Shown here in pieces: positions 47,084 to 55,931 of a stretch of 64,000 nt of DNA. Location of the stretch: the NCBI GenBank assembly GCA_902761365.1, contig CACWJZ010000012.1, positions 2,078 to 66,077 on the forward strand. Reading direction: 5' to 3'. Position numbers and translations under genes: made by a program. This stretch comes from an uncultured Eubacteriales bacterium (GTDB lineage: Bacteria > Bacillota > Clostridia > Christensenellales > CAG-138). Position 1 is the stretch's first letter, and each line of letters starts with the position of its first letter. The notes beneath the pieces were generated by a model. That model saw only the letters and a list, made by a program, of their open reading frames with translations. It had not been told where the DNA came from and made no database searches.

Positions 47084-48439
47084 ATGGAACGACAGGCCAC
47101 CATGGTGAAGGATATGACCACGGGGAAGGTGGTGCCGCTGCTGCTGCGGTTCGCCTTCCCGCTGTTCGTGTCCAACGCCCTGCAGGCGGTGTACAACGTG
47201 GTGGATATGGTGGTGGTGGGCAACTACATCGGCAAGGCCGGCATGTCCGCCGTGTCCATCGGCGGCGATCTCTTGCACCTGTTGACCTTCGTGGCCATGG
47301 GCTTCTGCTCCGCCGGCCAGGTGATCATCGCCCGAGCCGTGGGCGAACGGCGGCCCGAGGACATCCAGAAGACCATCGGCACCATGTTCACCTTCCTGCT
47401 GTCGGTGTCGGCGGCCATCGCCGTGGTGTGCTACCTGCTGCGCGCTTCCCTGCTCACTTGGCTCAACACCCCCGCCGCCGCCCGGGATTACGCCATGGAC
47501 TACCTGGTGACCTGCGTGTGCGGCCTAATCTTCATCTACGGCTACAACATCGTGAGCGCCATCCTGCGCGGCATGGGCGACAGCAAGCGGCCCTTCCTGT
47601 TCATCGCCGTGGCCGCCATCCTGAACATGGTGCTGGACGTGCTGTTCGTGCAGTATTTCCATATGGAGGTCTTCGGGGCGGCCCTGGCCACGGTCATCGG
47701 CCAGGGGGTCAGCTTCCTGGCGTCCCTGGTCTACCTGTACCGGCGGCGGATCAGCTTCGGCTTCGACTTCAAGCCCGCCAGCTTCCGCATCGACGGGCCC
47801 GCCTTTCGGCGGCTGCTGGCCCTGGGCATCCCCATGGCCATCCAGGCGGCGGCGGTGAACCTGTCCAAGATCGTACTCATGTCCTGGATCAACCTGTTCG
47901 ACGTGACCTATTCCGCCCTCGCCGGCATCTTCAACAAGCTGAACACCATGTGCGGCGTCATCTCCCAGTCCTTCACCACGGCGGGCAGCACCATGGTGGG
48001 CCAGAACCTGGGCGCCCGGAAGTACCGGCGGGTCAACCAAACGCTGTTGACCATCCTGCTCATCGGCCTGGGCTTCGCCACCCTCTTCACGATCGTCATG
48101 CTCCTGTGGCCCGCGGGCGTTTACGGCATGTTCACCCCGGATGCGGACGTGCTCGGCGTGGCCGCGGTGCTGACCCTCCCCGTCATCCTCAACTTCTTCG
48201 GCGCAGGCACCCGGTGCGTGGCCTTCTCCCTCATCAACGGCTCCGGCAAGGCGAAGCTGAACCTGGCGGTGGCCATCATCGACGGCATGATCAGCCGGAT
48301 CGGCCTCGCGGCCCTGTTCGGGTTCGCCCTCCACTGGGACTGCTTCGGGTTTTGGATGGGCGACGCCCTGGCCGGCTTCATGCCCCTGTTGATCGGCGGC
48401 GCGTTCTATCTGTTCGGAAGCTGGAAAACCAAGGAATAA
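47084..48439 (+). CDS. MATE family efflux transporter
   Basis: DMTTGK, LQAVYNVVDMVVVG, RGMGDSKRP, GAALAT and GQNLGA motifs. Confidence 0.93.
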   Translation: MERQATMVKDMTTGKVVPLLLRFAFPLFVSNALQAVYNVVDMVVVGNYIGKAGMSAVSIGGDLLHLLTFVAMGFCSAGQVIIARAVGERRPEDIQKTIGTMFTFLLSVSAAIAVVCYLLRASLLTWLNTPAAARDYAMDYLVTCVCGLIFIYGYNIVSAILRGMGDSKRPFLFIAVAAILNMVLDVLFVQYFHMEVFGAALATVIGQGVSFLASLVYLYRRRISFGFDFKPASFRIDGPAFRRLLALGIPMAIQAAAVNLSKIVLMSWINLFDVTYSALAGIFNKLNTMCGVISQSFTTAGSTMVGQNLGARKYRRVNQTLLTILLIGLGFATLFTIVMLLWPAGVYGMFTPDADVLGVAAVLTLPVILNFFGAGTRCVAFSLINGSGKAKLNLAVAIIDGMISRIGLAALFGFALHWDCFGFWMGDALAGFMPLLIGGAFYLFGSWKTKE

Positions 48440-48442
48440 AAA

Positions 48443-48585
48443 ACACCCTTCTCGTTAGAAAGGGTGCAAGCCAAATAACTATCTATTGGGACAATCTGTT
48501 CCCCAACCATACCTATTCTCCCAATAGCGCTTTTCTTTTTCGCGCACCTTTTTCTTTTCACCGAAAAGAAAAAGGTGCGAAAAAA
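48443..48585 (-). repeat. Dispersed three-hairpin repeat, copy D (full, minus orientation)
   Basis: CACCCTTCTCGTTAGAAAGGGTG, CTATTGGGA...TCCCAATAG, GCTTTTCTTTTT and GCACCTTTTTCTTTTCACCGAAAAGAAAAAGGTGC. Confidence 0.8.
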
Positions 48586-48587
48586 CT

Positions 48588-48869
48588 TCATTCCTCCCTA
48601 CGTATCATCCGCACATACCCCGTCCCGTGCCGGACACAGCGGGAGACCCGGGACAGGGTGGCCGAGGAGATGTCCACGGCCTCGATGACCTGCAGGTAGG
48701 TCTTCCCCTCCAGGAGCAGCCGGGCCGCCGCCAGGCGCTCGGCCATGTTCTCCACCTCCTTCTCGGTACACAGATCCGCAAAGAAGGCGGCGCAATCCTC
48801 CTGGGTGCGCAGCTTCAGAATGGTGTCGAACAGCTCCGGGATCAGTTCCTCGCTCGATCGCTTATCCAT
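48588..48869 (-). CDS. YerC/YecD family TrpR-related protein
   Basis: LFDTILKL...EDC..FFADLCT..E...M..RL, TY and SSATLSRVSRC...G.GY. Confidence 0.9.
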   Translation of the reverse strand: MDKRSSEELIPELFDTILKLRTQEDCAAFFADLCTEKEVENMAERLAAARLLLEGKTYLQVIEAVDISSATLSRVSRCVRHGTGYVRMIRREE

Positions 48870-48903
48870 GGTTCCCTCCCAACCAATGATAGTGTGCGGG
48901 GCC

Positions 48904-49638
48904 CTATTGCCGCAAAAACCGCTGGAGCGCCTCCGTCCTGGGCGCCTCGAATATCTCTTGAGGCGTGCCCAGCTCCGCCACGGTGCCGCCGGACAGGAAC
49001 GCCACCTGATCGGAGGCCTCCCGGGCGAAGGCCATCTCGTGGGTGACCACGATCATGGTCCGTCCCTCCGTTCGCAAGAGGCGGATCACATTCAGCACCT
49101 CCTTGGTGAGCAGGGGGTCCAGGGCACTGGTGGGCTCGTCGAAGCAGAGCACGTCCGGCTCCATGGCCAGGGCCCGGGCGATGGCCGCCCGCTGCTGCTG
49201 CCCGCCGGAGAGGGTGATGGGGTAGCTGTTCGCCTTTTCCCTCAGCCCCACCTTCTCGATCAGGTCCAGGGCCTTCTCCCTCAGCTCCGCCTTCGTCCCC
49301 CTCTTCGCCAGGGTGGGTGCCAGCATCACATTCTCCAGCACGGTATACTGCGGAAACAGGTGGAACGCCTGGAACACCAGCCCGAAGGCCCGTTTTGTGG
49401 GCTTCTGCCCCCTGGCCCTGACCCGGGTGGCGTCGAAGAGCGTCTCCCCCTTCAACCGGATTATACCACGATCCGGCGTCTCAAGGAAGTTCAAACAGCG
49501 CAAAAATGTGGTTTTTCCCTCGCCGGAAGGGCCGATCACGGACAAAATCTGCCCCTGCTCCAGGGACAGGTTCACGTCGTGGAGCACGTCCGTCTCGCCG
49601 AAGCGCTTGCCCAGGCCCTCTATCTCCAAATACGCCAT
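48904..49638 (-). CDS. Polar amino acid ABC transporter ATP-binding protein
   Basis: GPSGEGKTT, VFQAFHLFP, LSGGQQQR, FDEPTSALDP and VTHEMAFA motifs. Confidence 0.93.
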   Translation of the reverse strand: MAYLEIEGLGKRFGETDVLHDVNLSLEQGQILSVIGPSGEGKTTFLRCLNFLETPDRGIIRLKGETLFDATRVRARGQKPTKRAFGLVFQAFHLFPQYTVLENVMLAPTLAKRGTKAELREKALDLIEKVGLREKANSYPITLSGGQQQRAAIARALAMEPDVLCFDEPTSALDPLLTKEVLNVIRLLRTEGRTMIVVTHEMAFAREASDQVAFLSGGTVAELGTPQEIFEAPRTEALQRFLRQ

Positions 49639-49648
49639 AGGCCCCTCC

Positions 49649-50308
49649 TCACTCGAAATAGCTCAGCCGCTTCTCCTCCCGGCGGAGGAGCCAGGAGAGG
49701 AAGCCGGAGAAGAGCAGATAGAACACGCCCGTGAGCAGCAGCGGCCAGATGAGGCCGTGGGATTTGATATAGGCCTGGCCCGCGTAGGTCAGCTCGTAGA
49801 TGGCGATGATGCGGGCCAGGCAGGTGTCCTTCACCAGGGTGATGATCTCGTTGCCCATGGGCGGCAGGATGCGTTTGTAGACCTGCCGGAGCTGGACCCG
49901 GAAGAAGATCTGGCGCCGCGTCATGCCCAGGACCTGGCCCGCCTCCCGCTGGCCCCGGGGGATGCTCTCGATGCCGCCCCGGTAGATCTCGGAGAAGTAG
50001 CAGGCGTAGTTGATGATGAAGGCCACCGCCGCCGCGCTCATGCGGCCCGCGGTCCCGCCTCCCCACAGATGGGAGCCGTTGTTGAGCAGGCCGGGGCCAT
50101 AGTAGACCACGATGAGCTGCAGCATGAGGGGCGTGCCCCGGATGACCCAGACCAAGCCCCGGACGGCCTCCCGCAGGGGCCGCCACCGGTTCATGGACCC
50201 GAACGCGATCACCAGGCCCAGCGGCAGGGCCCCCAGGAGCGTGTAGCAGAACAGCTGCAGCGACTGCCCGAAGCCGCCCAGCAGGGAGAGCAGGACTTCC
50301 CGCAGCAT
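49649..50308 (-). CDS. Polar amino acid ABC transporter permease
   Basis: RGTPLMLQL, YFSEIYRGGIESIPRGQREA and LVKDT motifs. Confidence 0.93.
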   Translation of the reverse strand: MLREVLLSLLGGFGQSLQLFCYTLLGALPLGLVIAFGSMNRWRPLREAVRGLVWVIRGTPLMLQLIVVYYGPGLLNNGSHLWGGGTAGRMSAAAVAFIINYACYFSEIYRGGIESIPRGQREAGQVLGMTRRQIFFRVQLRQVYKRILPPMGNEIITLVKDTCLARIIAIYELTYAGQAYIKSHGLIWPLLLTGVFYLLFSGFLSWLLRREEKRLSYFE

Positions 50309-50314
50309 GGCGGC

Positions 50315-51097
50315 TTACCGGGCGATGAGCTTGGTGTCGATGCCGTATTTGACAGCGAGCTCAGCCAGGCTCCCGTCCTTGAACTTGGCGTCCAGGAAGG
50401 CGTCCAGCTTGGCGGCCAAATCGCTCCCCTTGCGGAAGCCCACGCCGTATTCCTCCGCGTTCAGGCCCTCCACCTGGACCAGATCGGGGTAGCTGGTGCC
50501 CTCGCCGATCATGGCGCCGGCCATGAGCTGGTCGATGATGCAGGCGTCGCTGGCGCCGGAGGCCACCTCCAGCAGGGCGTCGCCCTGGGATTGTATGGAA
50601 GCGATCTTCCAGCCCTTCTCCTTGGCCAGCTCCTCCGCGGCGGACCCTGCCTCCACGGCGAAGGTCAAAGTCCCGTAGTCCAGGCCCGCAGCCTTATCCT
50701 TGGGGGCCACCACCACCTGGGCGTTGCCGCAGTAGGGCTTGCTGGTCTCCATGGCCGCCTTGACGCCGTCGGTCAGCGTCATACCGTTCCAGACGCAGTC
50801 GATGTTGCCGGCGTCCAGCTCCAGGGTCTTGTTGTCCCAGTCGATGACGGTGAACTCCGCCTTGACGCCCAGGCTCTCCGCGAAGGCCTTGGCAAGATCG
50901 GCGTCGAAGCCGACCCACTCCCCGTTTTCGCCCACGAAGTCCATGGGTGCAAAGTCTGTGATGCCGACGATCAGCTTGCCGTTGGCTTTGATGGTGTCAG
51001 AATCCGCCTTCTTTGCCGCCTCCTTGGGCTTCGAGCAGCCCGCCAGGGCCGAGAGGACCAGCAGCACAGCGATCAGAATGGAAAGCATTTTTTTCAT
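50315..51097 (-). CDS. Polar amino acid ABC substrate-binding lipoprotein
   Basis: Lipobox LAGC; FAPMDF, GFDADLA, IDCVWNGMT and EEYGVGFRKG. Upstream TTTACA-17-TATACT promoter on the minus strand. Confidence 0.92.
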   Translation of the reverse strand: MKKMLSILIAVLLVLSALAGCSKPKEAAKKADSDTIKANGKLIVGITDFAPMDFVGENGEWVGFDADLAKAFAESLGVKAEFTVIDWDNKTLELDAGNIDCVWNGMTLTDGVKAAMETSKPYCGNAQVVVAPKDKAAGLDYGTLTFAVEAGSAAEELAKEKGWKIASIQSQGDALLEVASGASDACIIDQLMAGAMIGEGTSYPDLVQVEGLNAEEYGVGFRKGSDLAAKLDAFLDAKFKDGSLAELAVKYGIDTKLIAR

Positions 51098-51273
51098 TTT
51101 GGGTATCTCCTTGCCTGTGTAATGACCGTAGTATACTTTATTACGCTAAAGTTGTAAAGTGTTTTTTGCAAATTTCTTCCATCTTTTTTTCTTCGGTCCC
51201 CCAGGACCTCATCTTGCAACCGGGCCGGAAAGCCGATATACTGAGAAAAAGCGATCTGAAGGAGGAAGGATTC

Positions 51274-51738
51274 ATGTTGGAAGCGGGCAAAAAAGCGCCT
51301 GAGTTCGCGCTGCCGGACAAGGACGGAAACACCGTGAGGCTCTCGGACTATTTGGGCAGGAAGGTGGTGCTGTATTTCTATCCCAAGGACAACACGCCCG
51401 GCTGCACCCGTCAGGCATGCGCCTTCGCCGGGGCCTACGCCGCCTTTCGGGACCGGAACGTGGCCGTGATCGGCGTCAGCAAGGATTCCGTGGCCTCCCA
51501 TGTCAAGTTTGCAGAGAAATACGATCTGCCCTTCGTCCTGCTCTCCGACCCGGAGCGCCAGGCCATCGAGGCTTACGGCGTGTGGCAAGAGAAGAAGAAC
51601 TACGGCAAGGTCAGCATGGGCGTGGTCCGCTCCACCTTCCTCATCGACGAAAACGGCATCATCGAAAAGGTCATGCCCAAGGTGAAGCCAGACACCAACG
51701 CCGCCGAGATATTGGCGTATCTCGCCAACGGGAAATGA
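51274..51738 (+). CDS. bcp: Thioredoxin-dependent thiol peroxidase (BCP/PrxQ)
   Basis: YFYPKDNTPGCTRQAC, LLSDP and RSTFLIDE motifs. Confidence 0.93.
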   Translation: MLEAGKKAPEFALPDKDGNTVRLSDYLGRKVVLYFYPKDNTPGCTRQACAFAGAYAAFRDRNVAVIGVSKDSVASHVKFAEKYDLPFVLLSDPERQAIEAYGVWQEKKNYGKVSMGVVRSTFLIDENGIIEKVMPKVKPDTNAAEILAYLANGK

Positions 51739-51748
51739 GGCATCGGCT

Positions 51749-53515
51749 ATGGTCGGATTCGGGATCGTGACGGGGCTGCTGTTTCTGCTGATGGCGGCGG
51801 TGCTGGAGCTGAACAAGAACACCCTGCCGGGCTTTGGGCTGCTCCTGGCGGCCACGGTGGTCTTCTGGGTCGTGTTCTCGAAATGGCTCCAGGGGGGCAA
51901 GTGGTACGGGAAGCTCCTGGGCTATGTGGGGTATATAGCCGTCTTCGGACTGATCCTGTTCCTCACCTGGCCGCCCATCCGCGCCGTGCCCGCCTACGAG
52001 GGGAAGACGCCGGTGTACACGGGGACGGTGCACCTTGACCAGGGAGACGTGCGGGGCGTGGTCATTGGGGACGGCGCCGTGGAGCTGTACGCGGGCATCC
52101 CCTATGCCCAGCCGCCCGTGGGCGAGCTTCGGTGGAAGGAGCCCCAGGACCCCCTGCCCTGGGAGGGCCTGCTGACGGCGGATCATTTTGCGCCCATGTG
52201 CATGCAGCCCACCCACCTGCCCATCTACGACAGCCTGACCCGGATCATCGGGTTCCACGACTATAAGATCTCGCTGCACGACAACTATGTGGCGCCGGTC
52301 AGCGAGGACGGGCTCTATGTGAACGTGTGGAAGCCCGCCGGGGACGGGCAGGGGCTGCCGGTGCTGGTGTATATCCATGGCGGCACCCTGCAGACTGGCC
52401 AGCCCTGGTACGCGGACTACGCGGGGACGGGCCTCGCCAAGAAAGGGCTGGTGGTGGTGAACCTGGGCTACCGGCTGGGGGTGTTCGGGTATCTGGCCGA
52501 CGAGGGGCTGGCCGCGGAGTCGGCCCACGGGACCACGGGCAACTACGGGCTGCTGGATCAGATCAAGGCCCTCGAATGGGTGCGGGACAACGTCGCTGCC
52601 TTCGGCGGGGACCCTGGCAACGTGACCCTGGCCGGGGAGAGCGCCGGGGCCGCCAGCGTCAGCGCTTTGTGCACGTCGCCGCTCGCCAAGGGGCTGTTCC
52701 GGCGGGTGATTTTGGAGAGCTCCACCGTGGCCAGCGTGGAGCCGCCCCACTCCTTCCGCAGCAGGGAGGACGCCCTCACCTCCGGCAGGGAGCTGAAGGC
52801 CCGGTACGGCGCCGAGACCCCGGCGGAGCTCCGGGCCCTGAGCGCGCAGCGGATCGTGAACGAGGCGTATACCCAGCATTACATGACCGTGGACGGGTAC
52901 GCGCTCACCGAAACGCCCTACGCCTCCTATCAAAAGGGCGCGCACAACGAGGAGGCCATCCTCCACGGCTACAACGCGGAGGAGAGCGGGCCGTTCATCC
53001 TGTTCGACCATGGGAACCTGAAGAACTACGAAACGAAGATAAGGACCTATTTCAAGGAGTACGCGGACCAGGTGCTGGCCCTGTACCGCCCCGCCACCGA
53101 CGGGGAGGCCGACAGCTGCTGGGCGCAGATCTACGGGGCGGTGTTCTTCAACTACCCCCATTACTGCCTGAATCGGCTGGCCGCCCGCAACGGCATTCCG
53201 GCCTATGAGTACTGCTTCAGCAAGCACAACGGGTGCCTAGGCTGCTGGCACAGCGGCGAGCTGCCCTACTTCTACGGGAACATCCCCGCGGACTCGAAGC
53301 TCTTCGACGTGGGGGACCGGGCCCTTGAACGGACCATCGTGGGGTACGTGAAGAACTTCGCCGCCACCGGCGATCCCAACGGCCCCGGCCTCCCCGCCTG
53401 GGCCGCAGACAGCACCAGCGCCACGCTCCTCACCCTGGGGGACAGGGTGGAGATGGCGCCGGAGAAGTACCTGCAGCTGTATGAGATCATGGATGAAATG
53501 ACCGGGTGGGAATAA
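51749..53515 (+). CDS. Membrane-anchored type B carboxylesterase
   Basis: GIPYAQPPVGELRW, SEDGLYVNVW, IHGG, GNYGLLDQ, GESAG (nucleophile) and HSGEL; three N-terminal TMs. Confidence 0.92.
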   Translation: MVGFGIVTGLLFLLMAAVLELNKNTLPGFGLLLAATVVFWVVFSKWLQGGKWYGKLLGYVGYIAVFGLILFLTWPPIRAVPAYEGKTPVYTGTVHLDQGDVRGVVIGDGAVELYAGIPYAQPPVGELRWKEPQDPLPWEGLLTADHFAPMCMQPTHLPIYDSLTRIIGFHDYKISLHDNYVAPVSEDGLYVNVWKPAGDGQGLPVLVYIHGGTLQTGQPWYADYAGTGLAKKGLVVVNLGYRLGVFGYLADEGLAAESAHGTTGNYGLLDQIKALEWVRDNVAAFGGDPGNVTLAGESAGAASVSALCTSPLAKGLFRRVILESSTVASVEPPHSFRSREDALTSGRELKARYGAETPAELRALSAQRIVNEAYTQHYMTVDGYALTETPYASYQKGAHNEEAILHGYNAEESGPFILFDHGNLKNYETKIRTYFKEYADQVLALYRPATDGEADSCWAQIYGAVFFNYPHYCLNRLAARNGIPAYEYCFSKHNGCLGCWHSGELPYFYGNIPADSKLFDVGDRALERTIVGYVKNFAATGDPNGPGLPAWAADSTSATLLTLGDRVEMAPEKYLQLYEIMDEMTGWE

Positions 53516-53527
53516 GCTTGTTTATCC

Positions 53528-53668
53528 GTACTTTTTCTTTTCGGGTGAAAAGAAAAAGTACCAAAAAGAAAAGCCAAATGGGATAAAATGAAGGGTTGAC
53601 CATTATCTTATCCCATATAAAGTTCTTTGGGTCTGCACCCTTTCTTTCAAGAAAGGGCGCGTGCTTTG
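53528..53668 (+). repeat. Dispersed three-hairpin repeat, copy E (full; reference copy)
   Basis: GTACTTTTTCTTTTCGGGTGAAAAGAAAAAGTAC, CAAAAAGAAAAGC, ATGGGATAA...TTATCCCAT, ATAAAGTTCTTTGGGTCT and GCACCCTTTCTTTCAAGAAAGGGCGC. Confidence 0.85.
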
Positions 53669-53670
53669 TT

Positions 53671-54426
53671 CTATTCCTTCAATAAATACTCCATAAACAC
53701 CGGGATGCGCTGCTCCCAGTAGGCTTCGGAGTGCTGGGCGTCGGGGACCACCCGGGCGTCCACGTGGGCGCCCATGCGGGTGAGTCGCTTGGCGGTGTCA
53801 AAGAGCCCGGTCAGGACGCTGGTGTGCTTGCCCGCCTCGCCGGTGCCCATGTCCATATAGATGCGCGTGGGCGAGCGCAGCGGCGCAGCCGCCTGAAGCT
53901 CCTTCTCGTGGTGCCGGGTCGCCCACAAGCTGGGCGACAGGGCCGCCGCCCGGGAGAAGGTGTTGTTGTAGGCCACGGCGGCGTAGATGGCCATGAGCCC
54001 GCCCATGGAGCTGCCCGCGATCAGGGTGCGCTCTCGGTCAGCCAGCGTCCGATATTCTCGGTCGATGCGGGGCTTGAGCTCGTTCACGAACCAGTCCATG
54101 GTCAGCTGCCCCCGTGCCGGGAACATCAGTTTCCCCTTCCACCAGATGTCGTAGGGCGTGTATTCGCTCATGCGGTTGTCGCCCTCGGGGTTGCATTCCA
54201 CCGCCACCAGGATCAACGGCAGCTTCGACTTCTCCAGGTATTCCTTCATGCCCCAGCTCTTGCCGTAGGTGGCGTGGCTGTCGTAGAACACGTTGTGCCC
54301 GTCGAACATATAGAGCACCGGGTAGCGCTCCTCGCTCTGCTCGTACCCCTTGGGGGTGTAGATATACAGCCGCCGGGGTTTCTTGGTGGGCAGGGTGGGG
54401 ATCTGGATCTTCTCTACGCGGATCAT
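53671..54426 (-). CDS. Alpha/beta hydrolase (esterase family)
   Basis: YPVLYMFDGHNVF, GSSMGG (nucleophile), SPSLW and HSEAYW motifs. Confidence 0.9.
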   Translation of the reverse strand: MIRVEKIQIPTLPTKKPRRLYIYTPKGYEQSEERYPVLYMFDGHNVFYDSHATYGKSWGMKEYLEKSKLPLILVAVECNPEGDNRMSEYTPYDIWWKGKLMFPARGQLTMDWFVNELKPRIDREYRTLADRERTLIAGSSMGGLMAIYAAVAYNNTFSRAAALSPSLWATRHHEKELQAAAPLRSPTRIYMDMGTGEAGKHTSVLTGLFDTAKRLTRMGAHVDARVVPDAQHSEAYWEQRIPVFMEYLLKE

Positions 54427-54497
54427 GGGCTTTGTCCTCCCTTCCGTTGTCAGTATACAGTATTGTACTCCCCTTGCGTCGGCCCTGCAAGAGGCAT

Positions 54498-54522
54498 AAA
54501 AAAGGCTCCCCGCAGGAAGCCT
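54498..54522 (-). terminator. Intrinsic terminator
   Basis: Minus strand AGGCTTCC-TGC-GGGGAGCCT followed by TTTTT. Confidence 0.6.
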
Positions 54523-54528
54523 GAATGC

Positions 54529-55857
54529 TTATGGGATGACGCGAACGATCTCAAAATCCACGTCGCCGCTGCCCTCATGGGCGGTGGTCTCCACGGCGAC
54601 GCGCCCATCGTCCAGGAAATAGGCGTTTGAATCCTCGCCCACGATCATGCCCCGTACACCCGTCCCTGGATGGAAATAGGTGCCTTTACCTATCCGATAG
54701 CTGTCGGCGATCCCGTGGTCGATGGGCTTCGAGCCGCCCCACTGAAGGACCGCGCCGTCCGCGCCGTAGAGCACGTAGGCGTCCGGATAATACACATAGT
54801 GCTCGTAGGGAGAGCTGAAATCCAGCTCAGAGTGGATCATCAGCGTCTGCCCATCCTTGACGAGCCGGGTGAACCAGCCCTCCAAGGCTGGATACTGCGC
54901 CTCCATGTCCTTGGTTTCCGTCCAGCCGTCCCGAACGAGGGCCAGGATCACCGAATCCAGGCTCTTGCCCGGGATATACGCAAGATCCCATTCTCCGTAT
55001 CGCTGACGGCCTAAGGCAAACTCATCTATATCCGTCAGTTTCAGGAGGTCGAAGACGGGGGAAAGGTCCAGGCACACCAGTTCATACCTCGTCCGATCAT
55101 ACCGATCCTCGTCCACCCGGGTCCGCTCTCCAAAGAAGAGCAGCGCCGGCGCTTCTCCGCTTTCATCCACCAGGGCAAAGCCGTTTTTGTTTCCAAGCAG
55201 CGCGCAAGGCCACGCCGTGCCGTCCGGCATGGTGAGGGCACCGGTCATTGCGCCATCCTCGCCCACGGTGATGCTAAGGTTAGCGTGGTGATGCTCTCCC
55301 ATATCGAAGTAGCGGAACCACGCTGTGCCCGGCTCCAGGGGCCCAGAAAAAAAGTTGAAGTCGGGATATTGATACGGGGTATGCTTCTCCTTCGTCAGCA
55401 CCACCCCATCCAGGCCCGCAAAGGTCAGTATACTCGCGGGATCGTCAACCGCCTTCAGTTCCACCGTGTCGCCTTCCGCCATGATCTTCACCGTTCCGGC
55501 GGGCAGGACGGCGGCGGGCTCCGTGTCGAAGGGTGTGCGGTACATATCCATTTTCAGAAGAAAACCGTCGCCGCCGGCCTCCAACGTAAATATCTCATTG
55601 GCGGTGAACAGATACGCCGCGCCGTCCTCATAGATCATGAGGCGGACGCCGGCGCCGTCTGACCACATGGTGTTTTTTTGATCTTTCAAGGACAGGGGCT
55701 TCGCAGCCTCTTTAGTAAGGGCGCTCCCCTCCTGCACCAGCGTCACGGACACGGGGAGCCGTTGAGGTTCGGCGATGGAGATGTTATTCTTCGCTTGGAT
55801 CGCGACCAGGCCGCACAGCAGCAGCGCGGACAGTAAAAATGATGCCAGCTTCGTCAT
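54529..55857 (-). CDS. Hypothetical secreted protein
   Basis: 442-aa ORF with a signal peptide and AAGGAGG RBS; no recognisable motif. Confidence 0.7.
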   Translation of the reverse strand: MTKLASFLLSALLLCGLVAIQAKNNISIAEPQRLPVSVTLVQEGSALTKEAAKPLSLKDQKNTMWSDGAGVRLMIYEDGAAYLFTANEIFTLEAGGDGFLLKMDMYRTPFDTEPAAVLPAGTVKIMAEGDTVELKAVDDPASILTFAGLDGVVLTKEKHTPYQYPDFNFFSGPLEPGTAWFRYFDMGEHHHANLSITVGEDGAMTGALTMPDGTAWPCALLGNKNGFALVDESGEAPALLFFGERTRVDEDRYDRTRYELVCLDLSPVFDLLKLTDIDEFALGRQRYGEWDLAYIPGKSLDSVILALVRDGWTETKDMEAQYPALEGWFTRLVKDGQTLMIHSELDFSSPYEHYVYYPDAYVLYGADGAVLQWGGSKPIDHGIADSYRIGKGTYFHPGTGVRGMIVGEDSNAYFLDDGRVAVETTAHEGSGDVDFEIVRVIP

Positions 55858-55931
55858 GGATCATCCCTCCTTTTCCTATAGCATACCATAGAGTTGCGTC
55901 ATACTTGCAACATGGATGTTAACAATGGGCC

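Noticed and set aside
40255-48439. Three MATE genes as a resistance island
   Set aside because: Multiple divergent MATE paralogs are routine in Clostridia, codon style looks native, and there is no integrase or boundary repeat.
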